From assembly GCA_041659845.1 (NCBI GenBank), contig JBAZXM010000003.1:4641-68640 (forward strand): DNA of 64,000 nt, read 5' to 3'. The DNA comes from Minisyncoccota bacterium (GTDB taxonomy: Bacteria > Patescibacteriota > Minisyncoccia > Phycocordibacterales > UBA9973). Under the pieces are notes generated by a model. The model was not told the DNA's origin. It saw only the letters and a program-made list of their open reading frames with translations, and ran no database searches. Of the stretch, positions 31,148 to 41,402 are shown piece after piece (positions within the stretch are counted from its first letter, which is position 1; every line of letters begins with the position of its first letter). The translations under genes were made by a program, and so were the position numbers.

Positions 31148-34100
31148 TTATGACGTCTTTTGGATTGTTCCAAGAGCCGGCTTACCGTCAGCTGGAAGAG
31201 CTGTGATAGTGCCAGTTATGTCACCATCTTGCTCACCATCGTAACCAAGGTTAGCTTCAGTTACAGAGAACTTAAGATCACCAATGTTTGCGATAGACAA
31301 TGAGAAGGTGTCGCCAATTGCAACAGTAGTAACTGTAGAAATAGTTACCGTGATGTATCGGTATGAACCACCATTAATTGTCGTAGTTGCTGTAAGACTA
31401 CCAAAGTCTACAGAGTCAGTACCTGAAACTTCAAGAGAGTTTGCAAGGTAGTCACTTGAGTTTTCGCTTGAAGCGTAAACTGTGTAACGAGCCGCTGTAC
31501 CAGTGTGAGCTCCGCTGTCAGTGAACTTTGCGTTAGTCAAAGTAACTTGAGCAGAACCATTATTGGTAACCTTAAAGCGTCCAAGCACTGTACCAGCACC
31601 AACATTTGATGTGGTAGATGAACCATTCGTTGGATACTCACCTGAAGCGAGTATCTGGAATGGAACAATTGTGTTTACTGAGCCTGAAAGGTTAGCTGAA
31701 CCAGCGTAAGTTGGAGCGCTGTTTGTTACAGAACCCTTTGCAATGATACCACCGTTCGCTGTTGTAGCGACATTTGCTTGGTTAGCGTCTACAGAAATTG
31801 TAAACGGAAGACCAGCAGTGTCGGAAGTAACAGTGTAAACAGTTGTACCATCAGCAGCAGTTACAACTGAAGCTTGTGCGCTTAAGTTGATTGCAGCTGT
31901 CAAACCAGCTGTGATTTCAGCAACTGTTGCAGAAGCATCAGAAGTGTAAGTTATAGCTGTGCCGTTGATAGTTGTAGTGTATACAGTGCTATTAACAGCA
32001 GTTGGGGTAACTGTGTTTACCTGTGCAGTCTGAGCTGCAACACTCATGTAGAAATCATTGCCCAATTTAGCAGTGTTTTCACCGAGAATGTCAGCCTTTA
32101 CATACAATGTAACCGGTGTTCCTGGATTTATGGTCATAGGAAGAAGGTTATCAGTTGCAGTAAAGGTGTAGTAACAGATATTTGAAGTACAAGTTGAGAA
32201 GAGACTTGCAGTCTGGAATGCAGTTGTTGCATCCAAGAGAGCGCCTGTTCCAGCCTGAGCATAAACACGGATATTACTTAGGTTGTTCTGAGTAAGAGCA
32301 GTACCTGTTGCACGAAGCTGAAGACTTGTGATCTTCTGAGCTTCATACTGTGAAGTCAAACGCGCAGAAAGGTAGATACCGTTCATTGTGTTGATCTTTA
32401 CAATCTGAGCAACAGTAGGAGTAGCACCAGTGCCTGAAACTGTTGAGAGTGTCAAAGTTCCGCCAGCAACTAGTGTCATTGCCTGACCACTTCCAGCGAT
32501 TGTAGGTGAAGAGATGCTGTTGCCAGTATCCTTACCAGTAGCAGTAACGCCACCTGAAGCAATCTTGTAAGTGTGTGTACCTGATGTACCTGTAATGATG
32601 TCACCGTAAAGCTTCAAAGTAGTATTTGTGCTTCGTCCAACAATAATTGGGCTTGTGAAGCTAAATGTTACTGTGTTTGCGTTTACAGAAGTTGAAGATG
32701 ATGTATTCATCACTGTACCAGCTGAATCCTTCATTACAAGGTTTGCAATGTTAGAGTATGCAGCTGCGCCACCGATTGTGTCGGTAACTACTATAGATGA
32801 AATGCGAGCATCCTCACCAGAAGACTGAGCGTTAAACTCGAAGTTTGCAAGCTCAAAATTGTTTGTACCAGCAACAACTGATGCAGCAACCGGAGTTGTG
32901 AGAGTTGTTACGGACAATGAAGCAGCTTGAACTGCGCGAGTAAAGCCATCAGAAACAGATACTGTAGGATCAATAGTGTCGTTAGTCAAAAGACGCTTTA
33001 CAGATGTAATGTCAAAATCATTTACAAAGTAAGCATCAGATGAAGTAGCGCTACTAGAGATAGAAGCAGTTACTTCTATGAAGCTATCAGTACCTGCAGG
33101 AAGTACGTAGTAGCTTGATAGTGATCGAGCTGAAGCAGTACCAACTACTGGGAAGTTTGTAGTGTTAGCGGCTGCGCTGTAAACAACTGCGCCGTTAACC
33201 TTAACAAATACTGTACCAGTAAGAGCTACTGATGAAGCATCCTGATCGAGACCGAATGAAACTTGGCGGAGTTCCATGTTTTCGCCAACAGGCTTAACAC
33301 GGTACTTAGCAAGTACTACATCGTTAGCACCAGGAACAACTGCAACTGAAGGTGAATCAGTAGCGCGTACAAATGTAAGCGTACCTGAACCGATAGTTAC
33401 GAGGTTGTAGTTGGTAGCATCACCGATTGGGAATGATGTGTCAGTTGTACCAGCTGCAGGCAATAGGCCAGCACCAGTACTAACGCCACGAAGATCAACA
33501 TCTCCATTTTCTTCTACGACAAACTGAATTGTTCGTGAAGCACCGTCAACGATCTTAGCGCGTATTGTAAAGTCTTTTGTCTGTCCCTTAGTGATAAGGT
33601 ACGGAGTTGCAAGAGTAAACATTATGTCGCCATTTGTTGAAGGCTGAGCTGTCGCAATAATAGAACCTGTCTGATCAAGGAGTTCTACATCCTTGTAGTC
33701 AGTTGCTGAAGCATTTCCATTGTTTCGGACCTTGAAGCCATGAAGTCTTACGTCTTCATTACTTGAAGTTTCGCGAATTCGGAATTTAGTGATTTCCTGT
33801 GCGCTTGTAGCATCAGCATTCATAGTGATACCTGAAGCGTTAACCGGCTGAACATCAAATGTTGTAGTACCGATAGAAGAAGTTCCATCGATAACTGACA
33901 TTAGATTTCCGCTGATTGGGAATGAACCACCAACAGTGCCGCCTGAAACTATAACATCAGAAGCAGACTTGATGTTGAAACCAAGAGTTCCTGCGTTAGA
34001 TGTAGAAGCGACATTAACCTTGACCCATAGAGTCATTGTCTGACCAGCAGCAATGACGATAGGATCAGAAGAGAATGTCATGATTGCAATGCCGTCAGCA

Positions 34101-34840
34101 CCAAGAGTGGTGACAACATTACCATGGCGTACGCCACTTCCATCATAAACAGAAATACCTGCAATGTTAGTGTTGCCGTAGTAACCTGTTTTTGTAAGGT
34201 TTACACCGCTGACATTAACTGTTGAAGATGTACTGTTTGTAATGTTGAAGCCCAGAACTTTGTTGTTCGCACTACCGGTTGCAATGTATCCGGAAGCAGG
34301 ATTTTCAGAGGAAAGTGAAACAGTCACTGAACCTGTGATTGAAGTACCTGAACCAGAACATGGCTGTCCTGTAGTTGAACTGAATCCTGCAGTTGATGAA
34401 CAACCTGCTGGATAAGTCGTAGTCAAAGTAGTAGAACATGCTACTCCTGTGGTAGGACTAAATCCTGTGGTTGAAGTACAACCTGCTGGAAGAGTTGTTG
34501 AACCGCCCATTGAATTCAACACACCTCGTGTGATTGAACCAACGAATCCGGCAACAGGGCTGATGTTGTGCTTAGCCTGGAATTTCAAAACAGCAGAGTG
34601 AGTCTTCGCACCGAAGTATGAAGTCTCCATGCCGATTGAACCAGCACCAGAAGCGGAAACGAGAGTAGCAGCATCTGTGTTAAGAACTTTTTGGAGTTCT
34701 TTAACATCAGGTGATGTCATACCCATCTTCAAGTTTGTGTTGAAGGTGTAAGCGTGTGCGACTGAAGCGCCAGCAAGCACGAGTACTCCTACGAACAAAC
34801 CTAAAGCTGCTTTCGCAAATTTAGAATATGTTTTTAACAT
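31148..34840 (-). CDS. giant (~1230 aa) secreted surface protein with N-terminal peptidoglycan-binding-like domain and Thr/Ser/Ala-rich repeat region
   Basis: Signal peptide MLKTYSKFAKAALGLFVGVLVLAGASVAHA. Peptidoglycan-binding-like block LQKVLNTDAATLV..KFQAKHNISPVAGFVGSITRGVL. Long low-complexity repeated region follows. Confidence 0.7.
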   Translation of the reverse strand: MLKTYSKFAKAALGLFVGVLVLAGASVAHAYTFNTNLKMGMTSPDVKELQKVLNTDAATLVSASGAGSIGMETSYFGAKTHSAVLKFQAKHNISPVAGFVGSITRGVLNSMGGSTTLPAGCTSTTGFSPTTGVACSTTLTTTYPAGCSSTAGFSSTTGQPCSGSGTSITGSVTVSLSSENPASGYIATGSANNKVLGFNITNSTSSTVNVSGVNLTKTGYYGNTNIAGISVYDGSGVRHGNVVTTLGADGIAIMTFSSDPIVIAAGQTMTLWVKVNVASTSNAGTLGFNIKSASDVIVSGGTVGGSFPISGNLMSVIDGTSSIGTTTFDVQPVNASGITMNADATSAQEITKFRIRETSSNEDVRLHGFKVRNNGNASATDYKDVELLDQTGSIIATAQPSTNGDIMFTLATPYLITKGQTKDFTIRAKIVDGASRTIQFVVEENGDVDLRGVSTGAGLLPAAGTTDTSFPIGDATNYNLVTIGSGTLTFVRATDSPSVAVVPGANDVVLAKYRVKPVGENMELRQVSFGLDQDASSVALTGTVFVKVNGAVVYSAAANTTNFPVVGTASARSLSSYYVLPAGTDSFIEVTASISSSATSSDAYFVNDFDITSVKRLLTNDTIDPTVSVSDGFTRAVQAASLSVTTLTTPVAASVVAGTNNFELANFEFNAQSSGEDARISSIVVTDTIGGAAAYSNIANLVMKDSAGTVMNTSSSTSVNANTVTFSFTSPIIVGRSTNTTLKLYGDIITGTSGTHTYKIASGGVTATGKDTGNSISSPTIAGSGQAMTLVAGGTLTLSTVSGTGATPTVAQIVKINTMNGIYLSARLTSQYEAQKITSLQLRATGTALTQNNLSNIRVYAQAGTGALLDATTAFQTASLFSTCTSNICYYTFTATDNLLPMTINPGTPVTLYVKADILGENTAKLGNDFYMSVAAQTAQVNTVTPTAVNSTVYTTTINGTAITYTSDASATVAEITAGLTAAINLSAQASVVTAADGTTVYTVTSDTAGLPFTISVDANQANVATTANGGIIAKGSVTNSAPTYAGSANLSGSVNTIVPFQILASGEYPTNGSSTTSNVGAGTVLGRFKVTNNGSAQVTLTNAKFTDSGAHTGTAARYTVYASSENSSDYLANSLEVSGTDSVDFGSLTATTTINGGSYRYITVTISTVTTVAIGDTFSLSIANIGDLKFSVTEANLGYDGEQDGDITGTITALPADGKPALGTIQKTS

Positions 34841-35031
34841 AGTGATAATTAAGTGATGCACCTCTCTGTACAAGATCGCTCTCATATAAAAAGATGCGGT
34901 GCGCGATTAAATTTAATTTCGACAAATTAATAGTGCGCACCATGATTGAAAAAATTATCCGGAGCAATAATTATAATAAATGCCCGTAATAATTTCCCAA
35001 GCCATTTCCCCGTGAAGAGAAATGGACGAAC

Positions 35032-35096
35032 TCTCACATCACAGGATTTAATATTCTTTAATACTTTCAAAAAATACTAAATCCTGCGATGTGAGA
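35032..35096. repeat. imperfect 24-bp inverted repeat (TCTCACATCACAGGATTTAATATT ... AATACTAAATCCTGCGATGTGAGA)
   Basis: 22 of 24 positions complementary with a 17-nt spacer. Lies about 190 bp upstream of the giant surface-protein gene. Confidence 0.5.
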
Positions 35097-35463
35097 ATAT
35101 CTGCCTTGTCGACAGGGCCGATACCAAACAAATTTGGCAGAGCTCATGATTAATTAAAAATTAAAAACGATCTCATGCCGACGGCAGATAATTGAAAACA
35201 TGCAAACTGATACATACATATATATACGTATGTGTGAGTCTATAAAATTTTCAATGATCGTGCCGTTAAAGCGGGCTATATTGCGAAAGAAAAAACTCGC
35301 ACAATACGCCTGCGTACATATTAGCATAACGTATAAAAACAAGCTATACCATTGTGGAAAACTAGTGGAGAGGAAGAGATGAAAATAGCCAGAGAGCTTA
35401 AGGGTTTTAGAATAGAAAAGTAAAGGACAAGCATGGCGAGTCTCTCGCCCTATAGCTCTCTGG

Positions 35464-36342
35464 TTATTGAGCTAACTTGTACTTGCTCCATCTCTTGTCC
35501 CCTTCTTTTTTAAGGACACCTTCTGAGACAAGAAACATTAATTCTCTTTGGATAGTCTTCTCGCTACATTCGGAAATAATTCGGGAAACTTCTTTTATTG
35601 TAACTTCTTTTTTATCTTTCACTAGGCGAAGTATTGCATTCCGGCGAGCCAAGCGTAAAGCAATGTCTGACTTCGGTAATCGAGTATTCAATTGAATATT
35701 TTTGTCTTTTAAATTTGAAAATGATTGTCCTTTAGATTTTTCTTTAAGGACATGGGGTAATTCAATGTGCCCAGAAAATGTTTTATGTCCCTGATAACTA
35801 GCTGGTATGTCTGGCAAACGGACACTTTCATTTTCCATTTCAAAAGCGAAAAAATTTTCTGGGAGAGCTATTTCATTCGATCTTTTATCTTGAAATATTT
35901 CTCCGGAGAACTTTTTCTTTTTGATATCGTGCTCGATATTTTCCACAATAGCCAGTAAAGCGGAAAATTCTTTTATTAACACACTTCCGTTCATAGAAGA
36001 TATCATTCCGACAGTGGAAGAAATTTCCACTAGAGACATGATTTCTTTAATACTATTTCTAAGCTCAAAAGTTGAAATTTCCTTATCGGACAAATTGGCC
36101 GTATTAAATGCGTAAGCTTCAGAAATGAGGCTGATACCGAGTGAGCGAATACTCTCTTTCATCGGCTCATGGAGATCCATGCAATCAGTGACCATATATA
36201 GTGCCGTAACTAATTTTTCTGATTTTTTATTAAGGACACTCGAAAAAAGATTGGCCTGCATAGTCAAAGTATTGTTATTTTCCAAGCCTGCTACGTGATG
36301 TCCTTTATAAATAGATTCGCTTTTACTAATGTCCTTTTCCAT
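35464..36342 (-). CDS. hypothetical protein with C-terminal winged-helix (DeoR-like HTH) domain
   Basis: C-terminus RRNAILRLVKDKKEVTIKEVSRIISECSEKTIQRELMFLVSEGVLKKEG. Confidence 0.5.
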   Translation of the reverse strand: MEKDISKSESIYKGHHVAGLENNNTLTMQANLFSSVLNKKSEKLVTALYMVTDCMDLHEPMKESIRSLGISLISEAYAFNTANLSDKEISTFELRNSIKEIMSLVEISSTVGMISSMNGSVLIKEFSALLAIVENIEHDIKKKKFSGEIFQDKRSNEIALPENFFAFEMENESVRLPDIPASYQGHKTFSGHIELPHVLKEKSKGQSFSNLKDKNIQLNTRLPKSDIALRLARRNAILRLVKDKKEVTIKEVSRIISECSEKTIQRELMFLVSEGVLKKEGDKRWSKYKLAQ

Positions 36343-36497
36343 AATTATTTTCCGGTTGGTGTCCTTTTATTCAGAGACAGCTTTTAAAAATTAATAAGAG
36401 ATGTCCATTATATATCGGACATAATAAAATGCAAGTTAACATAGAGGTAAAAATTAAAATATTATATACATATATGATAAAATGTACTCATAAAATT

Positions 36498-38696
36498 ATG
36501 GCGAAAAATAAAACTGAAACCATCACAAAAAAGCAGATAATTACTAAAGATAATAAGCCTGGAAAGAAACCTACAGGGCTTGGGATAAAACAAGAAACAA
36601 AACACGGAGTTTTGGCGGTTGTTTGTTTCGCACTAGCACTATTTTTTATCCTAGCGGCATTCAATAAGGCGGGTATCGCAGGCGAATTCTTTTATAAGAT
36701 TTTCAGCTACTTGTTCGGCGTAGGCTACTCTCTTTTACCCATACTCTTGGTCATCCTCGGTATTTCTTTCACTCGTCCCACGAGACCAGATGTAGCACTA
36801 TCACACACCATTTCTTCATTCCTTTTTCTCGGTTCAACGCTTGGGATAATTTCCATATCAATAGGCGCAGATGGTGCGGGTGGAGCGTTGGGATCGATAG
36901 TCTCGTATCCGTTTCTGAAACTCTTTGATATTTACGCAAGTATCCTATTCCTCGGTGCGCTCTTAATAATCTCGCTCTTCGTACTATTCGATGAGCGCCC
37001 GAACCTTACCCCATTCTTCTCCTTCATACGATCCCTCTTCAAGAAAAAGGAAAAAATTGAGGAGGAAGAGCCTATACCTGAACCTGAAGAAGAACCCGAA
37101 ATTACATCTGATGAACCTGAAACAGAGGAGAAAAAATCTGTAAAAGAAAAAGTTGTGAAAATGCTTGGGCTTGAATCAAATGCAGATGAATTTATTCCTA
37201 ATACATCAAAATCAAAAAATCGAAGTTCTTATGTGCCGCCTCCACTCTCACTGCTTGAGCGTGATAAAGGCAAGCCGAATGTCGGCGACATCAAAGCGAA
37301 TGCAAATATCATCAAACGCACACTTTCCAACTTCGGCATCGAAGTAGAGATGGATGAAATAACTATCGGTCCGACTGTCACTCGCTATGCGTTAAAGCCT
37401 GCGCAAGGAGTTAAGCTTTCGCGCATTGTAGGGCTTCAGAATGATCTCTCTCTCGCACTTGCGGCACACCCTATCCGCATCGAGGCACCAATCCCCGGTC
37501 AATCGCTTGTCGGTATTGAAATACCGAATAAGGTCAAATCAATGGTCGGCCTCGCATCATTATTCTCTGATGAGAAATTCCAAAATGCGGTAAAGCCTCT
37601 GATGATCGGACTCGGCCGCGGACTTTCCGGTAAATCTGTTTTTGCTAACTTGGCGAAAATGCCACACTGTTTAATCGCCGGTACGACAGGCTCCGGTAAA
37701 TCAGTTACTATCCATGCCATTATCACTTCCCTACTCTACAGGAATGGCCCAGAAGATTTGAAATTGATCATGGTCGACCCGAAGCGAGTCGAGCTCACTC
37801 TATATAATAAAATTCCCCACCTTCTTACTCCTGTCATTACCGACGCCAAGAAGGCTATCCTCGCTCTCAAATGGGCAGCTAATGAAATGAGTCGCCGCTA
37901 TGACATCCTTGAGTCCGAATCGGTACGTGATGTCGAGTCTTACCACAACAATGTTGTTAAGCCTTATTTTTCTAAAAAACATTCCGAAACAGATGAAGAA
38001 GATGCATCGAAGCCGGACACTATGCCTTATATCGTGATAATCATCGACGAGCTTGCTGATATCATGAGCGCCTACCCTCGCGAACTTGAGTCTGCAATTG
38101 TGCGCTTGGCTCAAATGTCTCGAGCAGTCGGTATTCACCTTATACTTTCCACTCAGCGCCCGGAGGTAAACGTCATCACTGGTCTTATTAAAGCCAATGT
38201 CCCTGCCAGAATAGCTCTTAAGGTGGCTTCACAAATCGATTCACGCACCATTCTTGATTCCGGAGGTGCGGAAAAATTGCTGGGCGGAGGCGATATGCTC
38301 TACTCATCCGGTGAAGCACAGCCTGAACGCGTACAATGCGGATATATTTCTGAAGATGAGGTGAAGAAGGTCGTGAAATATCTGGCTGATAGTTACAAAG
38401 ATGAAATTATCAATGAAATCAGCCTTTCTGGCACTGTCAGCACGGATAAATCTATTTTTGAAAGCACTCTTGATGATGAAAATGAGGATGATGATATGTA
38501 TGAAGAAGCTCGAGTTACAGTAATCCAAGCTGGTAAGGCTTCGACATCATTCCTTCAGCGTAAGCTAGGCTTAGGCTATGCCCGCGCAGCGAGAATCATC
38601 GATATGCTTGAAGAAAGAGGGATTGTTGGCCCTGGATCCGGTGCCAAGCCGCGTGATGTATTAGAAAAGCCAGTTGATCATACTAGTGAAATCTAA
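36498..38696 (+). CDS. ftsK: DNA translocase FtsK/SpoIIIE
   Basis: N-terminal TM segments, Walker A GTTGSGKS, Walker B IIIDELAD and C-terminal gamma winged-helix (FLQRKLGLGYARAARIIDMLEERGIVGP). Confidence 0.9.
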   Translation: MAKNKTETITKKQIITKDNKPGKKPTGLGIKQETKHGVLAVVCFALALFFILAAFNKAGIAGEFFYKIFSYLFGVGYSLLPILLVILGISFTRPTRPDVALSHTISSFLFLGSTLGIISISIGADGAGGALGSIVSYPFLKLFDIYASILFLGALLIISLFVLFDERPNLTPFFSFIRSLFKKKEKIEEEEPIPEPEEEPEITSDEPETEEKKSVKEKVVKMLGLESNADEFIPNTSKSKNRSSYVPPPLSLLERDKGKPNVGDIKANANIIKRTLSNFGIEVEMDEITIGPTVTRYALKPAQGVKLSRIVGLQNDLSLALAAHPIRIEAPIPGQSLVGIEIPNKVKSMVGLASLFSDEKFQNAVKPLMIGLGRGLSGKSVFANLAKMPHCLIAGTTGSGKSVTIHAIITSLLYRNGPEDLKLIMVDPKRVELTLYNKIPHLLTPVITDAKKAILALKWAANEMSRRYDILESESVRDVESYHNNVVKPYFSKKHSETDEEDASKPDTMPYIVIIIDELADIMSAYPRELESAIVRLAQMSRAVGIHLILSTQRPEVNVITGLIKANVPARIALKVASQIDSRTILDSGGAEKLLGGGDMLYSSGEAQPERVQCGYISEDEVKKVVKYLADSYKDEIINEISLSGTVSTDKSIFESTLDDENEDDDMYEEARVTVIQAGKASTSFLQRKLGLGYARAARIIDMLEERGIVGPGSGAKPRDVLEKPVDHTSEI

Positions 38697-38699
38697 AAC

Positions 38700-39110
38700 G
38701 TGGCTTCAAACTTTAAACAAATTTTAAAGATAAGCTTGCTGGTTCTGTTGTTCGGTGGGATTCTAACATATTCATTCTATCGGGCACGAGATATTATTTT
38801 CGGTATCCCCCTTTCCGTTGAAGGCATTACTGATGGCATGTCGGTGAAGTCCCCGCTTGTAAATATAAGCGGGGAGGCGCCCCGCGCTAAAAGAATTACT
38901 GTGAATGATCGCGATATTGGCATCGCACAAGACGGATCGTTTACAGATGTTTTGCTCCTTCCCCGCGGGTATACTATAATATCCGTGAAGGCGTACGATA
39001 AGTTCGATAGAGTAACTGAAAAAGTCTTTCGTGTCGTGAATACTGAACCTGTCCCCGCTGTCGCAAGCCCTGAACCACCGGCACCAGCAGAGGAAATCCC
39101 AGAGTCATGA
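38700..39110 (+). CDS. hypothetical membrane-anchored protein (GTG start per track)
   Basis: 136 aa with N-terminal TM, directly downstream of ftsK. Confidence 0.45.
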   Translation: MASNFKQILKISLLVLLFGGILTYSFYRARDIIFGIPLSVEGITDGMSVKSPLVNISGEAPRAKRITVNDRDIGIAQDGSFTDVLLLPRGYTIISVKAYDKFDRVTEKVFRVVNTEPVPAVASPEPPAPAEEIPES

Positions 39111-39197
39111 GTATACAAAATAGTCACGGTCTGGTTGAGCCCAAAAGCGCATTCGGCTTGGGCGACCCGAGGACCTGAATATTTTGTATACTCATGA
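39105..39197. repeat. perfect 18-bp inverted repeat (TCATGAGTATACAAAATA / TATTTTGTATACTCATGA) with 57-nt spacer
   Basis: Left arm overlaps the upstream gene's stop codon; right arm ends 32 nt before the recA ATG. The spacer has its own GCCCAA/TTGGGC stem. Confidence 0.7.
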
Positions 39198-39228
39198 CTT
39201 GGTTTTATTAATAAAGTAACTAAATCAA

Positions 39229-40308
39229 ATGGCAAAAAATAAAACACCAAAAGAAAATGGAAGTACTATTGATGAAACAATCAAATCAATCCAGACAAAA
39301 TTCGGCGAAGGTGCAATTATGAAGTTGGGTGATGCACCTAAAGTAGCAATCAATGCCATCTCTACGGGCTCTATCGGCCTTGATAGCGCGCTTGGTGTTG
39401 GTGGGCTTCCTCGCGGACGCATAATTGAAGTATTCGGGCCGGAATCATCGGGTAAGACTACTCTCGCCCTCCACGTGGTGGCAGAAGCGCAGAAAACAGG
39501 CGGAGTCTGCGCATACATAGATGCCGAACATGCAATGGATCCGGAATATGCGAAGAAGCTGGGAGTAAAAATAAATGATCTACTTATTTCACAGCCAGAT
39601 ACAGGTGAGCAAGGATTAGAAATTACTGAATCACTCGTCCGATCAGGCAAGATTGATGTTGTTGTGGTGGATTCTGTCGCTGCTCTTACTCCGAAAGATG
39701 AAATTGAGGGCGATATGGGGCAATCACACATGGGCAAGCAGGCTCGCCTGATGTCTCAAGCGCTTCGTAAATTAACTGCCATCGTTGCTAAATCAAATAC
39801 TATCGTAATCTTCATCAACCAGATCCGCATGCAAATCGGTGTCATGTTCGGTAATCCTGAGACTACCCCGGGTGGTAAGGCGCTAAAATTCTACACATCC
39901 GTACGTTTGGATATTCGCCGCATCGCACAAATAAAAAAGGGTGATGAAATCGTCGGATCACGCACACGCGTGAAAGTGGTGAAGAATAAAGTCGCTGCAC
40001 CATTCAAACAGACTGAATTCGACATCATCTACAATGAAGGTATTTCCAAAGAAGGTGAAATCATCGCGCTTGGTGAGAATATGAAAATCCTTTCCAAAAG
40101 TGGATCATCCTACAGTTACTTCCCTGGCGGATCCAAGACTGATGAAATAAAACTCGGCCGCGGCTATGATGCCACCCGCACATACCTGCGCGAGAATCCA
40201 AAAATCCGCGATCAAATATTGAAAGAAATCAAACAAGGACTCAAAGAAGGCAAGATCGGTGATATGAAAAAACCGACAGCAAGTGAAGATGATGTGAGTC
40301 CGGAATAA
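39229..40308 (+). CDS. recA: recombinase RecA
   Basis: Walker [11 protein letters not shown]1/L2 loops and 359-aa length. Confidence 0.95.
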   Translation: MAKNKTPKENGSTIDETIKSIQTKFGEGAIMKLGDAPKVAINAISTGSIGLDSALGVGGLPRGRIIEVFGPESSGKTTLALHVVAEAQKTGGVCAYIDAEHAMDPEYAKKLGVKINDLLISQPDTGEQGLEITESLVRSGKIDVVVVDSVAALTPKDEIEGDMGQSHMGKQARLMSQALRKLTAIVAKSNTIVIFINQIRMQIGVMFGNPETTPGGKALKFYTSVRLDIRRIAQIKKGDEIVGSRTRVKVVKNKVAAPFKQTEFDIIYNEGISKEGEIIALGENMKILSKSGSSYSYFPGGSKTDEIKLGRGYDATRTYLRENPKIRDQILKEIKQGLKEGKIGDMKKPTASEDDVSPE

Positions 40309-40322
40309 TTAGTAAAAGAAAC

Positions 40323-40354
40323 AAAAAAAACCACTACTTAAAGTAGTGGTTTTT
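40323..40354. terminator. bidirectional rho-independent terminator (CCACTACTT-A-AAGTAGTGG)
   Basis: Flanked by A8 and T5. Confidence 0.75.
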
Positions 40355-40369
40355 ACTAGAAACTAATTT

Positions 40370-40861
40370 TTATCTTGTTTTTTGAAATTTTTCTATGGCT
40401 TTAATTCTTACCGAATCATCAAAAAATTCTTTCGGCTTAATGAGGCCACAATTATCATCAGCGAGCATGATATTAACGGGAAACATTCCCGCCGCAGGAA
40501 CACTTTGACTATTACCACCATCAATACCGATTTCAGAGCAAATACAATATATAACCATTACGTCTTCGCCCCCAAGTTGTTGAAACATATGGGCAAGGAC
40601 TTCTGGTGTGTTCGGCCAATTCTTAATTGGTCCAATCATTATAACTTCAAACCGTTCTGGCTTGAGAAAAAATGTTTCCGCTTTAATATTTAAAGGGAAA
40701 TTAAATTGCATTCCTGATAAATCGAAACGATCCGATTCACCAAACCATTGAAGGAAAACAATGCCATCTTCGGTCTTGCGAAACAATCTCGGCATTTTGA
40801 CATTCTCCTTGCACACCTCGTGTACGGGTTGTCCTTTTTCGCGAATTATTGCTGTTGTCAT
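40370..40861 (-). CDS. hypothetical protein
   Basis: 163-aa ORF. Confidence 0.45.
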   Translation of the reverse strand: MTTAIIREKGQPVHEVCKENVKMPRLFRKTEDGIVFLQWFGESDRFDLSGMQFNFPLNIKAETFFLKPERFEVIMIGPIKNWPNTPEVLAHMFQQLGGEDVMVIYCICSEIGIDGGNSQSVPAAGMFPVNIMLADDNCGLIKPKEFFDDSVRIKAIEKFQKTR

Positions 40862-40922
40862 AATTTAAGTTTTTAAAGAGTTAAAGAATCCGTTTAATTA
40901 AAAACATATTACCATTTCATAA

Positions 40923-40951
40923 TTGACAAGTCAATGAATGCTTGGTAGTGT
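40923..40951 (+). promoter_or_regulatory. promoter with palindromic -35 region (TTGACAAGTCAA-TGAATgcTTGG-TAGTGT), copy 1
   Basis: Shares 25 of 27 nt with the element at 42721-42749. Confidence 0.5.
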
Positions 40952-40995
40952 AAGTTCAACCAACCTAGTACCTAACCAATTAAATCCAAAAAAAA

Positions 40996-41282
40996 TGAGT
41001 ACTGTTCTAGACAACACCGGGTATGTTTCTTATTTTATGAGAATGCAAATTATTGAACTTGTAAAACAAATAAACCTGACCATCACATTTTTAATCTTTA
41101 TTACAGTTTTTGTTGTAATTGTTTGTATTGCCATCATTTATGCACCACCTGAAGATTCTGTATTAAAAAATTTGGCTTGTATCTTAGGTGGAGGAATTGG
41201 ACTTTTTGTTCTTTATTTTATTCCGATCAATTATCTTGTGGTTGCTTGGAAAGTATTTAAAAGAAGGATAGAAAAATGTTAA
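40996..41282 (+). CDS. small hypothetical membrane protein (2 TM)
   Basis: Start taken at ATG 40996 downstream of the promoter; track ORF 40938 begins inside the promoter. Confidence 0.45.
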
Positions 41283-41402
41283 AAAATGACCGCCAATATA
41301 TCTTAGCTGATTGAGGTGGTCTTTTTATTTGTCTAAAATACTTATTCGAACATCCTCCCGAGTTTTGAGTACATCACAAATCTTCTTTGCTATAATATAA
41401 CC

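Noticed and set aside
37165-38528. Internal ORFs 37165..37347(+), 37499..37726(-), 37800..38138(-), 38304..38528(-)
   Set aside because: Embedded in ftsK in alternative frames.
39225-39737. 170-aa minus ORF and 38777..39250 minus ORF
   Set aside because: Antisense to recA and to the 38700..39110 gene. They are Ser/Pro/Ala-rich shadows.
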